DNA of 64,000 bases from an uncultured Christensenella sp. GTDB taxonomy: Bacteria; Bacillota; Clostridia; Christensenellales; CAG-917. The notes under the pieces were generated by a model. That model made no database searches. It saw nothing but the letters and a program-made list of their open reading frames with translations, and had not been told where the DNA came from. The stretch's first letter is position 1; every line of letters starts with the position of its first letter. The DNA is taken from positions 4,527-68,526 of the forward strand of contig CAJTQT010000001.1 in assembly GCA_910578325.1 (NCBI GenBank), read 5' to 3'. Positions 62,401 through 64,000 of this stretch are shown here, piece by piece. The position numbers were made by a program, and so were the translations under genes.

Positions 62401-63813
62401 TCCAGCGCAACCGGCGAGAACGCGTTCATAATTCAACAGACCGCGTCCAACGGCGACTGGACGAAATACACTTTCTATATCGAAGTCGGCAACGCAAGCG
62501 TTTCCGTCAAACTCAACCTGTGGCTCGGAAGAGACGTTAAATATATGAACGTCGAAGGCGACGGCGAAGAGGAAAAAGAAGAGAACGCCAAATCTTCGGG
62601 CGCGGTATTCTTTGACAATATCAACTATCAGACTATCGACGAGGAAACTTACAACGAGTCCGCAGATATAGAAAGCAACAAAAAGATATCCTTCCTCACC
62701 GACAGTTTCGACTCGCTTTCCAGCACTATCGAATCCAGAAGTTCCCTCACCACCCCCAACGGCTGGACGGGAGCGGCGGATACCAACCAGAGCACTTCGA
62801 ACACCAAATCGGGTATTGCTTACGCAGACAGCGATTACTATGAAACCGAAATGGTGGACGGCACTCTCTACGCGAGACTGCTCGGCGTCGACTACAAGAT
62901 AGAAGACGTCAAAATAACCGACGAGGAACTCGAAGAGGCAAAAGAAAGCGGCAATTACGAAGATATGGAAGACTCCGATATCATCGCCGCGCTCAAAGAA
63001 AAGAAAGTGCTCGACCAGAAGAAAGAAAACTGGATTCCCGTCAGCGAACTCAAAGCGTTCAGCGGAAACAGAATGCTCGTCATCAACAACACCGTCAAGA
63101 GCGCGTACCGCTACACAAGTTCCTCCAACACTCTCAAAGAGAACAGTTGGTACAGAGTCAGCGTATACGTCCGCACTTACGGTCTTATCGGAGAAGATGA
63201 CGACGATACTATCGGCGCAAACGTCGAACTGTATCTCGGCTCCGCAAACGAATCCGACAATCCGTTCATCTTCAAAGCAATAAACACCCAGAAGCCCGAA
63301 ACGGAAGTCTCCCCCGCATCCAACGAATGGACTCGCTATGAGTTCTACGTAAAGACGCTCGACGACGACATCACTTCTGTCACAATCAAACTTTCGCTCG
63401 GCTCATATTCTTCTAACAACATCGACGGCGAAGACGTTGTCAAAGGTCTGACAAGCGGTTACGCGATGTTCGACGACGTCACGATTGAAAAAATCGACGA
63501 AGATACTTTTGAAAAAGTTGAAGAGAGCGATACCGTTCTCAAACGTACAGTAGCGGCATATCAACCGGGCGACAGCAATGATCCCGGAGAGAACGATACG
63601 CCTAACAATAAATTCAACCTCGATTATCTGTGGTGGATGATCCCGACCATCGTAATCGGACTTGTTATCATAATCGTTGTTATAGTCTTAGTCGTCCGCA
63701 AAGTTCGCAAGAATATGGTCGGCAACAAGAAGAAAGTCAAGAAATCGAATGCCCCGACGCGCTCGGAAGCAATCGACCACAAGCACAGCAGATACGACGA
63801 AGGCAAAGAATAA
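59416..63813 (+). CDS. Large surface protein: lipobox signal, five CBM/jelly-roll-like repeat modules, C-terminal TM anchor
   Basis: Lipobox LFVAC (Cys27). Five modules each carry the series YYKLTVDV / EWKTYTIYIE / LTLQLGLG / GYAFFDNVLLEKI, with variants at about aa 420, 715, 974 and 1246. TM helix at aa 1405-1427 followed by a Lys/Arg tail. Confidence 0.8.
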   Translation: MNKKKFTVLALLMVVILTLTTCLFVACNPDNSDDGTNKEIKATEGLLINNSDFKVVDTSVKTYPRSLTSWTGAKMYSTSTFRDDVTAGIINLEQSLYNANKSKWEDVDDVIREKLLAGGRYGSDDEIKNALMIYMPEETTNSNGNKIHGATAYGYTSTSFTLDKGSYYKLTVDVLTYDIAGEKDDKGNPVEGSQPGARIYVSSNTYAEFAGIDTKGEWKTYTIYIETAPAATTSLTLQLGLGKYQSYFTKGLTTGYAFFDNVLLEKIEEDGSEKFADALEQEKTDGGVATATLKVPNGRFEFGSTTISSSGAPSSWTLTPGNSGKDDPAPSSLGYNAVIDLSKFADNYTKYSSTYHTRSGDNSTNTEYIPAKNLSNIVDLITAYEGRVGNNAFMLSQQLMTAQGIKSSRTITIEKNKIYKLSVQLYTYAIHGAGVSLILTGSDGKDIVIKGISSAPSDNVFIGSTIIDPDNKGYTSGEDTGASTNGWTTYSFYIQGNQFKDYSYNMNIWLGTEGTNSNKQVKYHSYTSNSDNATTYRANGTFSNGWVFIDDLALDEISVLPEADAGVGIMGANENQTLDCAVSGNNYTSLLVDLTTDNLFGEGEDYMLDNASGKTSLDGINAIGSGAPKGWKSNFDVTDESNPVIADNSGESFISEGIVDLTSESTFKTAVGDAHVYPGLPYNTVSKNAYMMHSAKVGYFEVDTDTLTIKANQFYRISLWLKTTDVSATSGAYVYLVDKSAEEEANLTSFTKINTKDYDEYLNDWCEITMVIRGASDKDTDVALRFTLGTGNRFAASTLTSGALFITNMNMSTITYANFNDTKTSTYVKSVDMSESYTYTFTNGNFDDYDLDDENLADGKPLKEQDVAATPDEWTINDNTLDINGKNDSTLFAGVIALTPDEDRLHFSTSHQAETATGISSDIFNNFYDVDNYSEEYLNSLGGPNMLAIGSKDDKSYAAGFASASVTLSANTYYSLSVYVKTVGKTTASVFLTGESSATGENAFIIQQTASNGDWTKYTFYIEVGNASVSVKLNLWLGRDVKYMNVEGDGEEEKEENAKSSGAVFFDNINYQTIDEETYNESADIESNKKISFLTDSFDSLSSTIESRSSLTTPNGWTGAADTNQSTSNTKSGIAYADSDYYETEMVDGTLYARLLGVDYKIEDVKITDEELEEAKESGNYEDMEDSDIIAALKEKKVLDQKKENWIPVSELKAFSGNRMLVINNTVKSAYRYTSSSNTLKENSWYRVSVYVRTYGLIGEDDDDTIGANVELYLGSANESDNPFIFKAINTQKPETEVSPASNEWTRYEFYVKTLDDDITSVTIKLSLGSYSSNNIDGEDVVKGLTSGYAMFDDVTIEKIDEDTFEKVEESDTVLKRTVAAYQPGDSNDPGENDTPNNKFNLDYLWWMIPTIVIGLVIIIVVIVLVVRKVRKNMVGNKKKVKKSNAPTRSEAIDHKHSRYDEGKE

Positions 63814-63840
63814 TCCCCGCCTTTAAGTAATCGACATCGG

Positions 63841-63870
63841 GACGCCGCTCTTATGAGCGGCGTCTTTATT
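63841..63870 (+). terminator. Rho-independent terminator of the surface protein gene
   Basis: GACGCCGCTC-TTAT-GAGCGGCGTC is followed by TTTATTATT. Confidence 0.8.
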
Positions 63871-64000
63871 ATTAGCAGGTACGGACAAAACTCTGCAATC
63901 TTACGCGCGTATAAAGTGTTCTTATGCGCGCTCAGACAGCATAAAGTTTTAGCAATGAATAAAACTGCCAAATCTTTCGGAATCGTAACGAGTTTTGCCG

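Noticed and set aside
63955-64000. A possible start of a plus-strand gene (MNKTAKSFGIVTSFA...) at the window edge.
   Set aside because: Only 15 codons are visible, there is no clear RBS, and no recognisable motif. It cannot be supported.
1-64000. A scan for rRNA, tRNA, CRISPR arrays, transposases, integrases and prophage structural genes.
   Set aside because: I found no cloverleaf-like GC-rich segments of about 75 nt in intergenic regions. I found no regularly spaced 25-40-nt repeats. No ORF had recombinase, transposase or phage structural motifs. This was a scan by eye only, so a tRNAscan, Infernal or CRISPR-finder run would be the proper confirmation.

Overview
This is a 64-kb chromosomal segment of about 50% GC from what looks like a spore-forming Clostridia-type Firmicute. 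The taxon call rests on spoVT-yabM-yabN synteny, a spoIVFB-like M50 protease, a SCIFF peptide with its maturase, and rex. The window is densely packed with housekeeping genes, mostly on the minus strand. They include trmL, dus, mazG, a MOP flippase, spoVT, a dnaD/dnaI loader pair, an xpt plus BMP-type nucleoside ABC operon, lysC, DUF1015, cdaA and holA. They also include an amino-acid ABC operon, leuA-cimA plus a degenerate leuB-like gene, ACP plus PPTase, malQ, hom, coaX, tspO-like, glyQS, rex and a PLP decarboxylase. The remainder are rng with its radical-SAM partners, glcK, a maf-mreB-minD-minE-spoIVFB cluster, ppx and two half-size TauE genes. I saw no rRNA, tRNA, CRISPR array, transposase or integrase. 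Six things deserve a second look. (1) A roughly 2-kb AT-rich insertion sits in the 3' end of glyQS. It is bracketed by a 31-bp direct repeat (30/31 identical), carries three tandem paralogous dual-HTH regulators plus a divergent pair of tiny ORFs, and has no recombinase. (2) A 69-aa ORF with 17 Cys and a two-fold internal repeat has a strong RBS and a structured GC-rich 3' region. (3) A stand-alone promoter-terminator unit of about 130 nt upstream of glcK contains two 45-nt repeat units and is a candidate small RNA. (4) The 48-aa SCIFF precursor is below the ORF-track cutoff and has an internal terminator before its radical-SAM maturase. (5) An isopropylmalate-dehydrogenase-like gene appears to have its catalytic motifs replaced. 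(6) Two unusual surface proteins are present: a collagen-repeat/Cys-motif/BspA-LRR lipoprotein, and a 1465-aa five-module protein with both a lipobox and a C-terminal TM anchor. All functional calls are motif recognition by eye and no database search was run. Many long ORFs in the track are antisense shadows and are not reported.
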